DNA of 64,000 bases from Desulfobulbaceae bacterium UBA5121 (GCA_002414225.1 DHYV01000019.1:54907-118906); one strand, 5' to 3'; shown: positions 33,389 through 43,373, numbered from the stretch's first letter. The notes: generated by a model not told the origin, from the letters alone. Made by a program: numbers and translations.

Positions 33389-36300
33389 ATGACCGACAAC
33401 ACCGCCTTTGTCATCGAATCCGACGCCCTCAAGGCCAACCTGCTGGAGACGGCGGTCACCGAGGTGACCATCGATCCCGCCTTCATGCTTCTGACCGATA
33501 TAGTCAGGGATTACAAGGGGATACTCAATAGCCTGGAAGAGCTGCTCTATGAGGTGAGTCACCCCTTTCACAACTGGAACCTGATCCTGCCCAAGCTCCG
33601 CGCCTTTGTGCTCAAGAACGGCGGCCACTTCCGGCGCCATGCCAAGGGGCCCGCGGCAGTTCCCCTCCTGGCCGGGATCTTTTTTTCCGCCATCGCCGAA
33701 TCGCGCAAGAACGAAGCCCTCATGGGGCAAGCCATCGAGGGGCTGCTTGCCTACATCGACAATCTGGTGGGCTCTCTCGATCCGGCCACCCTGAATGATT
33801 ACGAGGCCCCCTTGCGCTACTGCGGCGAGCGGTTGGGCGAACTCGATGATCCGACCCTGCTCCACGTGGTGCAGGGCCATCACCCCATGAAGAAGATCGC
33901 AAGCCGCCTGGTTTCCTTTGCCCAGCGGCAGTCCGAGGCGACCGGGGTCTACGACCTGCGTCCCCTGGGGCGGCTCCTGAAGCGGATTTTCGCCCTCAAC
34001 TACCGCTACTGGCTCGCCGAGGAAGACCCGCTGCCCTGGCTTAACCAGCAGTGCGCTGAGATGTGCGACGGCTGGGAGTCCGGCAAGTTTTTTGCCGCCG
34101 TTTCCCATGCGCGGCTTCGGGAACACCAGGCGGCGCTCGAAGCCATCGACATCGAGGCCAATCCGGCGGAGGTGGTCAAGATCCTCGAACTCCCCTCCCA
34201 CATGGATATCGTCCGCCTCTACAAGGAGATCCCGGCCCAACTGGTGGCGGTGAAGTCCGTGGCGCCCGAGGCGGCCGGCGGCGACCGCTTCGCCGAGAAC
34301 AGAAAACTCCTCTTCCTCTTCCGGATCATGGATACCGCCGGGCTTGCCCTGATTCACGAGGAGAGTTTGCGGGAGATCAACCGAAGTCTGGTCCACTTGA
34401 TCCGCCAGCAGACCTTCGAGGAGATCGAGAGCTTCCTGCTCACCACCCTGCAGCTCCTGAAAGAGAACGTCAAGAAGTACCCCCACACCTCGCTGCAGTG
34501 CATCCAGGTGCTGGGCTCCGAGGTCTTCGACCGCGGCAACAGCCGGCTGGTGGAGGCCTTTCTCTGGGAGACGGTGCGCTTCGGCTTCCAGTACGCCAAC
34601 GTCGCCGGCGTCGACGAGGACTGGCAGCCGCTCGCCAACCCCGCCCACCTCGCCAACATCCGGGTCTGGTTGAATCTGATCATGCAGGAGCCCAAGTGGT
34701 GCTCCACCCTGTTTTCGGCCCTGATCATCAACCTCAAGCTCTCCGGAACCTGCATCAAAGATACCGACCTCTTCCAGCGCGACATCACCCGGTTGTTGAA
34801 TCACCCCATTGAGCCGGTCTACAATCTGGTTAAGCAGTTCGCGAAACTCCTGCCGGTCTTCTTCAACGAGATCGGCGCCGAGGGGGTGCTGCGCGACGTC
34901 TCCACCGAACTTGACGAGATCCATCGCCGCAAGGACCGGCTTATCCACTTTCTGCGCAAGCAGAGCCACGTGGAGAGCAGCAACCTCATCGTCGGCTTCA
35001 TCCAGGCGATTCTCGAGTTCTGGCACACCCTGGACAAGGAGGGGCTCACTTCTTTTCTGCCGCCCGAGGTTCTTCTCCAGGTGCAGCCGCAAGGCCCCTT
35101 CGTGGATGCTCTCCACCAGCTCATGGTGCGGCTCTTTGCCGAAAAGGATATCGAGCGGGTGGAAGACCTCCTCGACTGGGAGGACCATCGCCTTGCCCTG
35201 TGGCTCGACGGCCAGAAGGATCTGGCCGAGAACGAAACCCGGCGCTTCCGCCTCCTGGTCAGCATGTACCGGCTCCTCTACCAGAAGTACAACCTGGGCT
35301 TCCAGGAGATCCGCCGCCAGCTCGAACAGGCGGTGAACAGCGGTTTCCCGGAGATGGAGCAGCTCTTGGCCGATCTGGAGATCTGCGACACCTTCGAGTG
35401 TCTGGACGCCCTTCTCGGCCAGCTCGAGGCGCTCAAGAAAACCATCCTGAGCCCGGAAAAGTTCGAGGCCAAGGAGGACATCTACTACAAGCGCCACATC
35501 GCCGTGGACATCCCCTCGGTCTACGGTCGCTACCGCGAGAGGAAGTTCGACGCCCTGGGGCTTACCTTCCGGCTCGAAAACCTGGCCAATATCTATCTTG
35601 AAAAGCTGCCCAAGAAGGTGAACCTCTCCTTCATTACCCGGGCCACCTTCATTCGGATCATCAAGTGCCTCCGTTTCTACCTGCGAGCGCTTCAGATCGA
35701 CGGCATCACCAGCCGCCAGCTTGAAACCTACATGTCGCTGCTGTCGGGGTCGCTGGGGATCAAGCGGTTTTCCTACACCCAGTATCTCGATATCTTCAGG
35801 GGGCTCTCCGAGGGGGTGAAGACGGTGATCTACGCCTACTACACCAATATCCACGAGAACAACCTGTCGATTATCATCCCCCAGATCGGCGCCGGCAACC
35901 TGCTCACCAAGTACCGCGGCCTCTGGGACGATGACGTGGACAGTTCGGTGCATCGTCTCTCGGAGTCATTCCTGCGCGACCTCATTTCCACCACCTTCGG
36001 CCTCCAGCATCTCGACAACTTCATTTCCCGGATCTATCAGACCCTGGAGAGCCAGAAGGAACTGCTCGACGAGGAGAGCCTGGATCTTTTGATGACCTAT
36101 AACCCGGAGCGGGCGATCAGCTTCCTTCATCAGCGCAATCCCCGGGCCAACAACCTTATCCTGCTGGGCAACAAGGGCTACAACCTCACCCTGCTCGCCG
36201 GTGACAACAAGCCAGTGCCGCCGGGCTTCATCGTCACCACCGAGATCTTCCGCTGCTGGCCGGTGGTGAAGAGTTTTGCCAAGGCGCGGGAGGAGTTCAT

Positions 36301-37645
36301 GGTTCAACTCCGCCACTCGCTGAGCGCGCTTGAAAAGCTCACCGGCCGCAACTACGGCGATCCGGCCTGGCCGCTGCTGCTTTCGGTGCGGAGTGGCGCC
36401 GCGGTTTCCATGCCCGGCATGATGGCCACCATCCACAACGTGGGCCTCAACCAGGAGATTGTCGAGGAGTTTGCCGCTGCCACCGGCCAGGATTACCTGG
36501 CCTGGGACAACTACCGGCGCTTCCTGCAGTCCTGGGCAATGACCCGCGGGGTGGCTCGCGAGGAGTTCCAGGCCCTGATGGACGCGGCCAAGGCCCGCCA
36601 CGGAGTCAAGGTTAAGCGGCAGTTCACGCCCGCGCAGATGAAGGAACTGGCCCTTGAGTATCAGCGCACCATCCGTAGCGTGGGGATCGGCATTCCGGAC
36701 GACCCGTGGCTGCAGCTGGTGGGGGCGGTGGAGATGGTCATCGATTCCTGGGATACGGTCAAGACCCGCGACTACCGGGCGTTGATGGATATGTCTGAGG
36801 CGTGGGGCACGGCGGTGATCGTCCAGACCATGGTGTTCGGCAACCAGGGGACGCTGTCGGGCAGCGGCGTGCTCTTCACCGCTCACCCCTACCGCAAGGT
36901 GCGGCGGGTGGCGCTGTGGGGCGATTACGCTCCCGGCGACCAGGGCGAGGACATCGTCAGCGGCCTGGTCACCACCTATCCCATTTCGGTGGAACAGGCC
37001 GAAATCGACGGCCGTTCCAAGGAGAACAGCCTGGAGGTGCGTTTCCCCGCCATTTACCAGGAGCTTCTCGCCCTGGCCCGCGAGCTGGTCTACGACAAGG
37101 GATGGAACCCCCAGGAGATCGAGTTTACCTTCGAGGGCGAGGGCGTGAAGGATCTCTATATCCTCCAGACCCGGGACATGATCACCATCAAGAAGGACGA
37201 GAGCTTCGACGTGCTCGCCGATTCGGTGGATATCGCCGCCCACCAGCTGAGCAAGTGCATCGGGGTGAGCGGCGGGGCGCTCGCCGGCCGGGCAGTGTTC
37301 ACCGCTGATAACATCCGCCGGCTCCGCAAGGAAGACCCGGACACCCCGCTGATTCTCATCCGCCAGGACACGGTGCCCGAGGACATCAAGGAGATCTCCA
37401 TGGCCGACGGGCTCCTCACCGCCCGGGGCGGCCAGACTTCGCATGCCTCGGTGGTGGCGATCCGGCTTGAGAAGACCTGTCTGGTGGGCTGCAACAGCCT
37501 CCGGGTTTATGAGGCCGAGGAGCGGGCCGAGATCAACGGCCAGGAAATCCGTTTCGGTGACCCAATCACCATCGACGGCCGCAAGGGGTTGCTGCTCAAG
37601 GGTATGCACCCGGTGCGGCGGGAAGTGCATATCTTACCTATCTAA
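33389..37645 (+). CDS. large PPDK/PEP-synthase-related protein: unassigned helical N-terminal region + nucleotide-binding domain + phosphohistidine swivel domain, with no PEP/pyruvate TIM barrel
   Basis: 1418 aa. From about residue 920: NKGYNLTLL, SVRSGAAVSMPGMMATIHNVGLN, WGTAVIVQTMVFGN, QGEDIVSG, and TARGGQTSHASVV (His codon 37442-37444). The protein ends about 65 aa after the catalytic His. Confidence 0.9.
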   Translation: MTDNTAFVIESDALKANLLETAVTEVTIDPAFMLLTDIVRDYKGILNSLEELLYEVSHPFHNWNLILPKLRAFVLKNGGHFRRHAKGPAAVPLLAGIFFSAIAESRKNEALMGQAIEGLLAYIDNLVGSLDPATLNDYEAPLRYCGERLGELDDPTLLHVVQGHHPMKKIASRLVSFAQRQSEATGVYDLRPLGRLLKRIFALNYRYWLAEEDPLPWLNQQCAEMCDGWESGKFFAAVSHARLREHQAALEAIDIEANPAEVVKILELPSHMDIVRLYKEIPAQLVAVKSVAPEAAGGDRFAENRKLLFLFRIMDTAGLALIHEESLREINRSLVHLIRQQTFEEIESFLLTTLQLLKENVKKYPHTSLQCIQVLGSEVFDRGNSRLVEAFLWETVRFGFQYANVAGVDEDWQPLANPAHLANIRVWLNLIMQEPKWCSTLFSALIINLKLSGTCIKDTDLFQRDITRLLNHPIEPVYNLVKQFAKLLPVFFNEIGAEGVLRDVSTELDEIHRRKDRLIHFLRKQSHVESSNLIVGFIQAILEFWHTLDKEGLTSFLPPEVLLQVQPQGPFVDALHQLMVRLFAEKDIERVEDLLDWEDHRLALWLDGQKDLAENETRRFRLLVSMYRLLYQKYNLGFQEIRRQLEQAVNSGFPEMEQLLADLEICDTFECLDALLGQLEALKKTILSPEKFEAKEDIYYKRHIAVDIPSVYGRYRERKFDALGLTFRLENLANIYLEKLPKKVNLSFITRATFIRIIKCLRFYLRALQIDGITSRQLETYMSLLSGSLGIKRFSYTQYLDIFRGLSEGVKTVIYAYYTNIHENNLSIIIPQIGAGNLLTKYRGLWDDDVDSSVHRLSESFLRDLISTTFGLQHLDNFISRIYQTLESQKELLDEESLDLLMTYNPERAISFLHQRNPRANNLILLGNKGYNLTLLAGDNKPVPPGFIVTTEIFRCWPVVKSFAKAREEFMVQLRHSLSALEKLTGRNYGDPAWPLLLSVRSGAAVSMPGMMATIHNVGLNQEIVEEFAAATGQDYLAWDNYRRFLQSWAMTRGVAREEFQALMDAAKARHGVKVKRQFTPAQMKELALEYQRTIRSVGIGIPDDPWLQLVGAVEMVIDSWDTVKTRDYRALMDMSEAWGTAVIVQTMVFGNQGTLSGSGVLFTAHPYRKVRRVALWGDYAPGDQGEDIVSGLVTTYPISVEQAEIDGRSKENSLEVRFPAIYQELLALARELVYDKGWNPQEIEFTFEGEGVKDLYILQTRDMITIKKDESFDVLADSVDIAAHQLSKCIGVSGGALAGRAVFTADNIRRLRKEDPDTPLILIRQDTVPEDIKEISMADGLLTARGGQTSHASVVAIRLEKTCLVGCNSLRVYEAEERAEINGQEIRFGDPITIDGRKGLLLKGMHPVRREVHILPI

Positions 37646-37865
37646 GGTCCGGAAAGGATCCTTTCGCCCGATGGCTGCGTTGCCTGGTCGTCGCAAATGC
37701 TTGCGTACTTCCTGTACGCGGAGTTTATCCCTGTTTGTTTGAGTGAGGCTTTTGGGTTCCGGCGCGCCTTGCCTTCGAACGAAATTGCTCGTTTTCGGCG
37801 GCTGGCCATCAAGGATGGAGGCGGTTCATTGTTCAGGGGTGACCCTGTTGAGGGAGGAGGAAGGG

Positions 37866-38972
37866 ATGATCATCGGCGTACCCAGGGAGATCAAGGACAA
37901 GGAGTTTCGGGTCGGCATGGTGCCGGCCGGGGTGAAGAGCCTCGCGGATCGAGGCCACACCGTGCTGGTGGAGGCCGGGGCCGGGGCGGGCAGCGGAGTG
38001 GCCGATGCGGAATACCGGGCCGCCGGTGCCGAGATCGTCGCCGCGGCCGATCAGGTTTATGGCCGGGCCGAGCTGGTGGTCAAGGTCAAGGAACCGCTGC
38101 CGGCCGAATACGGGCTGCTGCGCGAGGGCCAGATCCTTTTCACCTATCTCCACCTGGCGCCGCTGCCCGAACTCACCCAGGCGCTTCTTGACCGCAAGGT
38201 GATCGGGATCGCCTACGAGACGGTGCGGCCCGACGACGGTTCCCTGCCGCTTTTGGCGCCCATGAGCCAGGTGGCCGGCAGGATGGCCATCCAGGCCGGA
38301 GCCCGGTTCCTCGAAAAGGAGGCCGGCGGCCGGGGCGTGCTTCTGGGAGGGGTGCCCGGGGTGGAGCGTGCCCATGTCACCATTATCGGCGCCGGCACGG
38401 TGGGCGGCAACGCCGCCAAGATGGCCATGGGGCTGGGTGCCGAGGTGACGGTGCTGGGGTTGCGCATCGATCAGTTGACCGCCCTCGAAACTCTGTACGC
38501 CGGCAAGCTTACCACCCTGTTTTCGAACCGCCATAATCTCGAAGAGGAGCTGCGTCGCGCCGACTTGGTGGTGGGGGCGGTACTCTTGCCGGGACGAAGC
38601 GCGCCCAAGCTCATCACCCGTGAGATGCTGGGCTTGATGAAGAAGGGTTCGGTGATCGTCGATGTGGCCATCGACCAGGGCGGCTGCGCCGAAACCTCCC
38701 GCCCCACCACCCACTCCGAACCGGTTTATGAGGTGGACGGGGTTCTCCACTACTGTGTCGCCAACATGCCGGGTGCGGTGCCCCGCACCTCGACCTTTGC
38801 GCTCACCAACGTCACCCTGCCCCTAGTGGAGGCCCTGGCCGACAAGGGATTCCGCCAGGCGGTGGTAGAGAACGTCGCCTTGCGGCGCGGGGTTAACGTT
38901 TACCTGGGCCGTCTGATCTGTCCGGACGTGGCCGAATCCCAGGGGCGGGTCTGCGAGGAACTGCCGTTTTAG
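37866..38972 (+). CDS. ald: alanine dehydrogenase
   Basis: [24 protein letters not shown]-terminus and the NAD fold [29 protein letters not shown]. The track ORF starts 41 codons upstream. Confidence 0.95.
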   Translation: MIIGVPREIKDKEFRVGMVPAGVKSLADRGHTVLVEAGAGAGSGVADAEYRAAGAEIVAAADQVYGRAELVVKVKEPLPAEYGLLREGQILFTYLHLAPLPELTQALLDRKVIGIAYETVRPDDGSLPLLAPMSQVAGRMAIQAGARFLEKEAGGRGVLLGGVPGVERAHVTIIGAGTVGGNAAKMAMGLGAEVTVLGLRIDQLTALETLYAGKLTTLFSNRHNLEEELRRADLVVGAVLLPGRSAPKLITREMLGLMKKGSVIVDVAIDQGGCAETSRPTTHSEPVYEVDGVLHYCVANMPGAVPRTSTFALTNVTLPLVEALADKGFRQAVVENVALRRGVNVYLGRLICPDVAESQGRVCEELPF

Positions 38973-39077
38973 CCAGCATTGGCCGCCGAACGCAAAGATC
39001 GACATCTTGTTCACCAGCGGTCAGCTGGCCGCTCTGCGGTCACGGCAGTCTCGGTTCGGCCATGGTTGAAAGAGATA

Positions 39078-39800
39078 TCATTTGTCCCGGAGAAGGGGCT
39101 GCTTCTGCAATCGCTTGTAATAGAGGTTTTGCCCGTAGAGAACGGATACCGGATTATGGCCGGTAACCCGGTCCTTTACCACCATGGTGGTAACCGGAGC
39201 ATCCGAGTATCTGGTGAACAAAATGTCATGGCCCACGCACAATCCGACAATAATATTAAGGTCGGTATTGGCCTCGTTCAGAAGCCTGGCCTGAGCCACT
39301 GGATTGCAGGCCGGCTCAAAGGTGTTGGGGCGAACCTTTTCTTCCTCCGTGAGTCCAAGTTCCAACTTGTCGATACTGCCTGATTTGCAGCAGACGCTGA
39401 CCGTCTTGAAACCCTGGGCATCCAAAATGGCTGCCAGGCGGTTTGTCTCATCCAGCAAGCCGATACAGGTTGCGATGCCAATCTTCTTGTATTTCATGAA
39501 CTTGGCAAAGGCGATGGTGTCTTCCACTCTGGTCCAGCGGGCATTGATTGCATCACTGCCTGCGGCGGACTGGTAGCCGAGACCTTCCACCTGGGCCGCG
39601 ACCTTGGCTATACGGGCATCTTCCGTGTTCTCTTTGTAGAGTTCAAATGATTCCTTTATAATCTCGGCATGGTTTCTCGTCGGGCAGTTGCCCGGTTTGG
39701 CCGGTTTGTTTTTCGGGTCAACGCTCCAGCAATTGGTGCTTTCGCTTTTTCGCCAGGCGGCGCTGCATTTGCTACAGCTGAAATCATTTTGCTTGCTCAT
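39078..39800 (-). CDS. DUF1847-like metal-binding (Cys-rich) protein
   Basis: ATG at 39800 after GGGGGAGA. CSKC, CW, CP N-terminal cysteines, plus GIATCIGL and VCCKSG blocks. The family name is from memory only. Confidence 0.75.
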   Translation of the reverse strand: MSKQNDFSCSKCSAAWRKSESTNCWSVDPKNKPAKPGNCPTRNHAEIIKESFELYKENTEDARIAKVAAQVEGLGYQSAAGSDAINARWTRVEDTIAFAKFMKYKKIGIATCIGLLDETNRLAAILDAQGFKTVSVCCKSGSIDKLELGLTEEEKVRPNTFEPACNPVAQARLLNEANTDLNIIVGLCVGHDILFTRYSDAPVTTMVVKDRVTGHNPVSVLYGQNLYYKRLQKQPLLRDK

Positions 39801-39987
39801 GGTTAATCTCCCCCCCTTGCCCATCTCCTTTCGGAAAGGCTGGTTCCACATTTTTCACCATGTTCATGGGAAATGCGGCTGATGGCTCGACTCGAGGTGA
39901 TTTCGGTTCCGGAATTGACAGCTTAACCATTGGCAACTATCATTACAAATGAATACTTCGGATGTGAGCTATCACTGTTGGTGATTT

Positions 39988-40842
39988 GTGGAGATTAGCG
40001 ACCTCAGAATATTTTTAGCCGTTGCCCAACAGGGCAGCATTTCACGGGCAGCAGAGGAATTGCACTACGTCCAGTCCAATGTCACGGCGCGGATCAAGCA
40101 GCTGGAGGAGCGGCTGGGCACCGTTCTCTTCCACCGGAAAAGCAGGGGGGTGGTCATGACCTCCTCCGGGCAGCTCCTTTTGGACTATGCGCAACGAATT
40201 ATCCGATTGACCAAGGAAGCCGAGGAGGTGATCCGCGACCAAGGAGAACCGAAAGGCAGGCTTTTGATCGGGTCCATGGAAACGACCGCGGCTGTGCGGC
40301 TGCCTCCACTTCTGGCCAGCTATCATCGTTTGTATCCGAAAGTCGAGTTGAGCCTGGTCACCGGTTCGTCGGCAGAGTTGTTAAAACGGCTGCTTGATTA
40401 TCAAATCGATGGGGCTCTGGTGGCGGGAGAAATTTCTCAAGAAGCATTGCTCGTCGAGAAGGCCCATGAAGAGGAAATGGTTCTCGTGACCCCCCCGGAT
40501 GTTGATGACCCGGGACAACTGGCAAATTTCAAGATCCTTGTTCTGCGTGCCGACTGCGCTTGCCGGGCACAACTGGAGAAGTGGCTGCATAGCACCGGGC
40601 GACTGCCGTATCAAATTATTGAAATCGGCTCAATTGAGGGAATTATCGGCTGCGTTGCCGCCGGCATGGGGGTTGGTTTCATGCCGCGCTCGGTTGTCGA
40701 CAAAGCACACATTCGCAAAATTTGCGCGCTGCACTCCTTGCCCGATCATTTTGGCACCCTGACAACCTGGTTTGTTCGTCACCACACGGATAACACAAGC
40801 AGGGCCATGCAGGCTTTTAGAGATCTGGTCGTGGCTGAATAA
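39988..40842 (+). CDS. LysR-family transcriptional regulator
   Basis: GTG start. HTH block LRIFLAVAQQGSISRAAEELHYVQSNVTARIKQLEE and a typical LysR substrate-binding region. Divergent from the DUF1847-like gene. Confidence 0.9.
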   Translation: MEISDLRIFLAVAQQGSISRAAEELHYVQSNVTARIKQLEERLGTVLFHRKSRGVVMTSSGQLLLDYAQRIIRLTKEAEEVIRDQGEPKGRLLIGSMETTAAVRLPPLLASYHRLYPKVELSLVTGSSAELLKRLLDYQIDGALVAGEISQEALLVEKAHEEEMVLVTPPDVDDPGQLANFKILVLRADCACRAQLEKWLHSTGRLPYQIIEIGSIEGIIGCVAAGMGVGFMPRSVVDKAHIRKICALHSLPDHFGTLTTWFVRHHTDNTSRAMQAFRDLVVAE

Positions 40843-41037
40843 CGAATTCAGGAAAACCATTTTGTTAGTGACGACGAGGACACCTTGCCGGATTTCGACT
40901 AACGTTTTTAGGCCAGGCCGCGCCTGCCCCCATCTCAAGGCCGATGCCGTGGAGCCGCCGGCCTGGCCTGGTTGACCGGCGACCGCGAGGAAGAGAGGCA
41001 ATTCACGGAGAGCCAGCGCCGGCCAGCCGATTACCTG

Positions 41038-41859
41038 TCAGGCAATCCCGTTTATCCCCACCCCATCCAGCGCCGCCAGCCGGTCGATGAGCAGTTCGAT
41101 ATCGCGGGGGCCGATGATGATGTTGCCGTGCTGGGGGGCGATGGTTTGGATGGGCAGCCCCCGGATCTGGTTCATGGCGTGGTGGAGCGCCTTGTCGCTG
41201 GTCATCACCTTGCGGTGGAAGTCGTATACGGCCTGGATGGGGCAGTAGGGGCGGTGCTCGGGGCAGGACGAGATATCGTTGCAGCTGTAACAGCGCGAGC
41301 CGAGGGAGAAGAAGATATCCTCGGCGTGGTAGTAGAAACTGCCGAAGAGGTCGCTGCTGAACAGGGTGCCGGTGGCCTCATCGTAGGTGACGAAACTGCC
41401 GGGGCTGTGGGCGTAAGGGGTGTTGATGAAGCGCAGCCGGCGGTTGTTGAGCAGAACGGCATTGTCCTGCTGGCCGATGTCTTCGATGAGGGGATAGTGG
41501 TCCTTGTGAATGTAATAGGAGATGAAGAGGTTGTTGGGCTGCGTCGACAGAATCCTGAGTTCGGGGTTTTTGCAGATGTCGATCAGGTTGGACATGGAGC
41601 CGCAGAGGTCGGGATCGTAATGCTGATAGATTAGGGCGGTGATGTTTGCCGGGTCGATACCGGCCTGGAGGATCTTCATCATCACATTGGCGAAGTCGGC
41701 GCGGCTGCCGCCGTCGATGAGCACCGCCCGGTCGCCGTCGACGACCAGATAGGGGTTGCAGTGGAGGCTGGCATCCACCTCGTGGCTGCCGACCCAGTAG
41801 ATGCCGTCGGCAACCGTTACCGGGTGGTCGATCTGCGCGGGTTCCATCATGACTGACAT
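41038..41859 (-). CDS. MBL-fold protein (flavodiiron/ODP-like or phosphodiesterase-like), Cys-rich C-terminal part
   Basis: MSVMMEPAQ... start at 41859, or 41850 with an ATGA overlap on the cyclase stop. VLIDGG, a divergent metal motif QHYDPD, TPYAHSPG, and CYSCNDISSCPEHRPYC. The upstream part of track ORF 41038..42405 is out-of-frame read-through of the cyclase gene. Confidence 0.8.
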   Translation of the reverse strand: MSVMMEPAQIDHPVTVADGIYWVGSHEVDASLHCNPYLVVDGDRAVLIDGGSRADFANVMMKILQAGIDPANITALIYQHYDPDLCGSMSNLIDICKNPELRILSTQPNNLFISYYIHKDHYPLIEDIGQQDNAVLLNNRRLRFINTPYAHSPGSFVTYDEATGTLFSSDLFGSFYYHAEDIFFSLGSRCYSCNDISSCPEHRPYCPIQAVYDFHRKVMTSDKALHHAMNQIRGLPIQTIAPQHGNIIIGPRDIELLIDRLAALDGVGINGIA

Positions 41860-42662
41860 ACCTCTGCGGGGTGTTGGCGTTCGTCGGCCACGAGATAGGC
41901 GACCATGGCCGGCTTGTTCTTGAGGGTGATGGCCCCTCGTTTTTCGAAGGCGAAAGCGTGTTCGGCCTCTCGATAGGTTGCCTGGGAGACGTTGACCCGG
42001 CCGGGGAGTCCCGCCGACTCGAAGCGGGAGGCGATGTTGACGTCGTCGCCGAAGACGTCGAACTGCATGCGTTCCGTGCCGACCACTCCGGCCATCACCT
42101 GGCCGGTATGGATGCCCAGCCGCATTGCCAGGGGGTGCTCCCGGCCGCGGTTGAATGCGCGGATGAATTCCTGCATGGCCAGACCGGCCCGGATCGCCAG
42201 GACCGGATGAGCTGCCACCTCCTCGGGGGCGCCGAACACCGCCATGTAGGAGTCGCCGATGGTCTTGACCTTGGTGCCGCCGGCGTCGGCCACCAGTCGG
42301 TCGAAGCCGCTGAAGATCGTGTCGAGGGTTTCGACGAGCTGTTCGGGCGGAACCTTTTCGGCCAGCGCGGTGAAGCCGACGAAGTCGGTGAAGAGGATGG
42401 TGCACTGATAGCGGCGCGGCGTAAAACGGCTGCGGTACTTGATCTCATCGGCCACCCCGACCGGCAAGGTGTTCTTGAGGAGGCTGTCCACTCGTTTTTC
42501 GAGCCGGACGTAGGATCTGAGCAGCTCGCTGAGCAGGCTTTTCTGGAGGGCGTCGTCCCGGATCAGCGACAGGGAGTCGAGATAGGTCAAGAGAAGGGCG
42601 TTGACCGAGTCCCGGCTGGCCTCCGCGCCTTGATAGAGCGTGAGCAGGGTATGGGTTTCCAT
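41847..42662 (-). CDS. class III adenylate/guanylate cyclase (adenylate-type residues), short helical N-terminus
   Basis: 271 aa with FTDFVGFT, VKTIGDSYMAVFG (Lys as in adenylyl cyclases), FDVFGDDVNIASRFES. AAGGA RBS. Confidence 0.9.
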   Translation of the reverse strand: METHTLLTLYQGAEASRDSVNALLLTYLDSLSLIRDDALQKSLLSELLRSYVRLEKRVDSLLKNTLPVGVADEIKYRSRFTPRRYQCTILFTDFVGFTALAEKVPPEQLVETLDTIFSGFDRLVADAGGTKVKTIGDSYMAVFGAPEEVAAHPVLAIRAGLAMQEFIRAFNRGREHPLAMRLGIHTGQVMAGVVGTERMQFDVFGDDVNIASRFESAGLPGRVNVSQATYREAEHAFAFEKRGAITLKNKPAMVAYLVADERQHPAEVCQS

Positions 42663-42696
42663 CGGGTATCCTTGGCAGCGAGAGAGGGGGGGCGGG

Positions 42697-43158
42697 TCAG
42701 CCGATGGCGTCCTTGACCGCCTGGGCTCTTGCGAGGTGAATTTCGGTTTCCTTGGCCAGTTGTTTCAACACGGAGCGCGCCTTCTCCGTCATCCCGTCGA
42801 AGTGGTTGAAGATGTTTTTTTCGAGCAGCGAGCGCTCCAGGTCAACGGTGGCGGCTACGGCATGGGACAGGGTGAGCTGGTTGTCCTCCGCCTTGGCGAG
42901 GATCTGCTCGACATATTCAATGAAGCTGCTCACCGTGTAGGTTTTGATCTTCCCCTCCTGGAAGAGCACCACTCCCTTGTCGGCGGCCTCATGGAGCTGC
43001 TGCAGCCAGCTGGCGTGCTTGTGTTCCTCCTTGGCAAGGGTGTTCCAGAGTTCCGCGTGCTGCGGAAACTGCGCGGCGAAAAGGGAATAGAGCTTGCAAA
43101 GAAGTTGTTCCTGACGGACCAGGGAGTCGAGCATCTTCTTTTGGTAGGGTTTGAGCAT
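42697..43158 (-). CDS. ferritin-like four-helix-bundle protein (possible di-iron)
   Basis: 153 aa, all-helical text, with AKEEHKH (ExxH) and a second acidic/His block KETEIH that is imperfect. 34-nt gap to the cyclase gene. Confidence 0.65.
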   Translation of the reverse strand: MLKPYQKKMLDSLVRQEQLLCKLYSLFAAQFPQHAELWNTLAKEEHKHASWLQQLHEAADKGVVLFQEGKIKTYTVSSFIEYVEQILAKAEDNQLTLSHAVAATVDLERSLLEKNIFNHFDGMTEKARSVLKQLAKETEIHLARAQAVKDAIG

Positions 43159-43373
43159 GGTTTATGCGCCTCGTCCTCGGCGTGGAGAAAATTAATCACT
43201 GGCAAACATTTAAGCCTAATTTTGGGGCGGCGGCAAGTGAGTGTTTCTGTCAGGAAGGCGGTTTTCGCCGGCGCTTCGTGTATTGCATTCCTGTCCCCCG
43301 CTGCGCTACTCTTTTTGGGAGAGATTCGGCAAACCGGGGCGTTGGTCGCGCTGGCTGCGGCAAGGGAGGGCTG

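Noticed and set aside
33161-37630. 930-aa and 554-aa ORFs (33161..35953, 35966..37630) antisense to the dikinase-like gene
   Set aside because: Shadow ORFs (Gly/Asp/Leu/Val/Pro-rich). The plus-strand product has PPDK motifs.
41860-42405. Upstream 182 codons of track ORF 41038..42405
   Set aside because: Arg/Gly/Pro-rich out-of-frame reading across the cyclase gene. The MBL-fold protein begins at 41859 or 41850, at the cyclase stop.
43290-43373. Possible glycine riboswitch upstream of grdE (GGGAGAG ... GCUGCGGCAAG)
   Set aside because: Only about 60 nt are available before the RBS, and the 3' CUCAGG/GGAC elements are absent. The resemblance is too weak.
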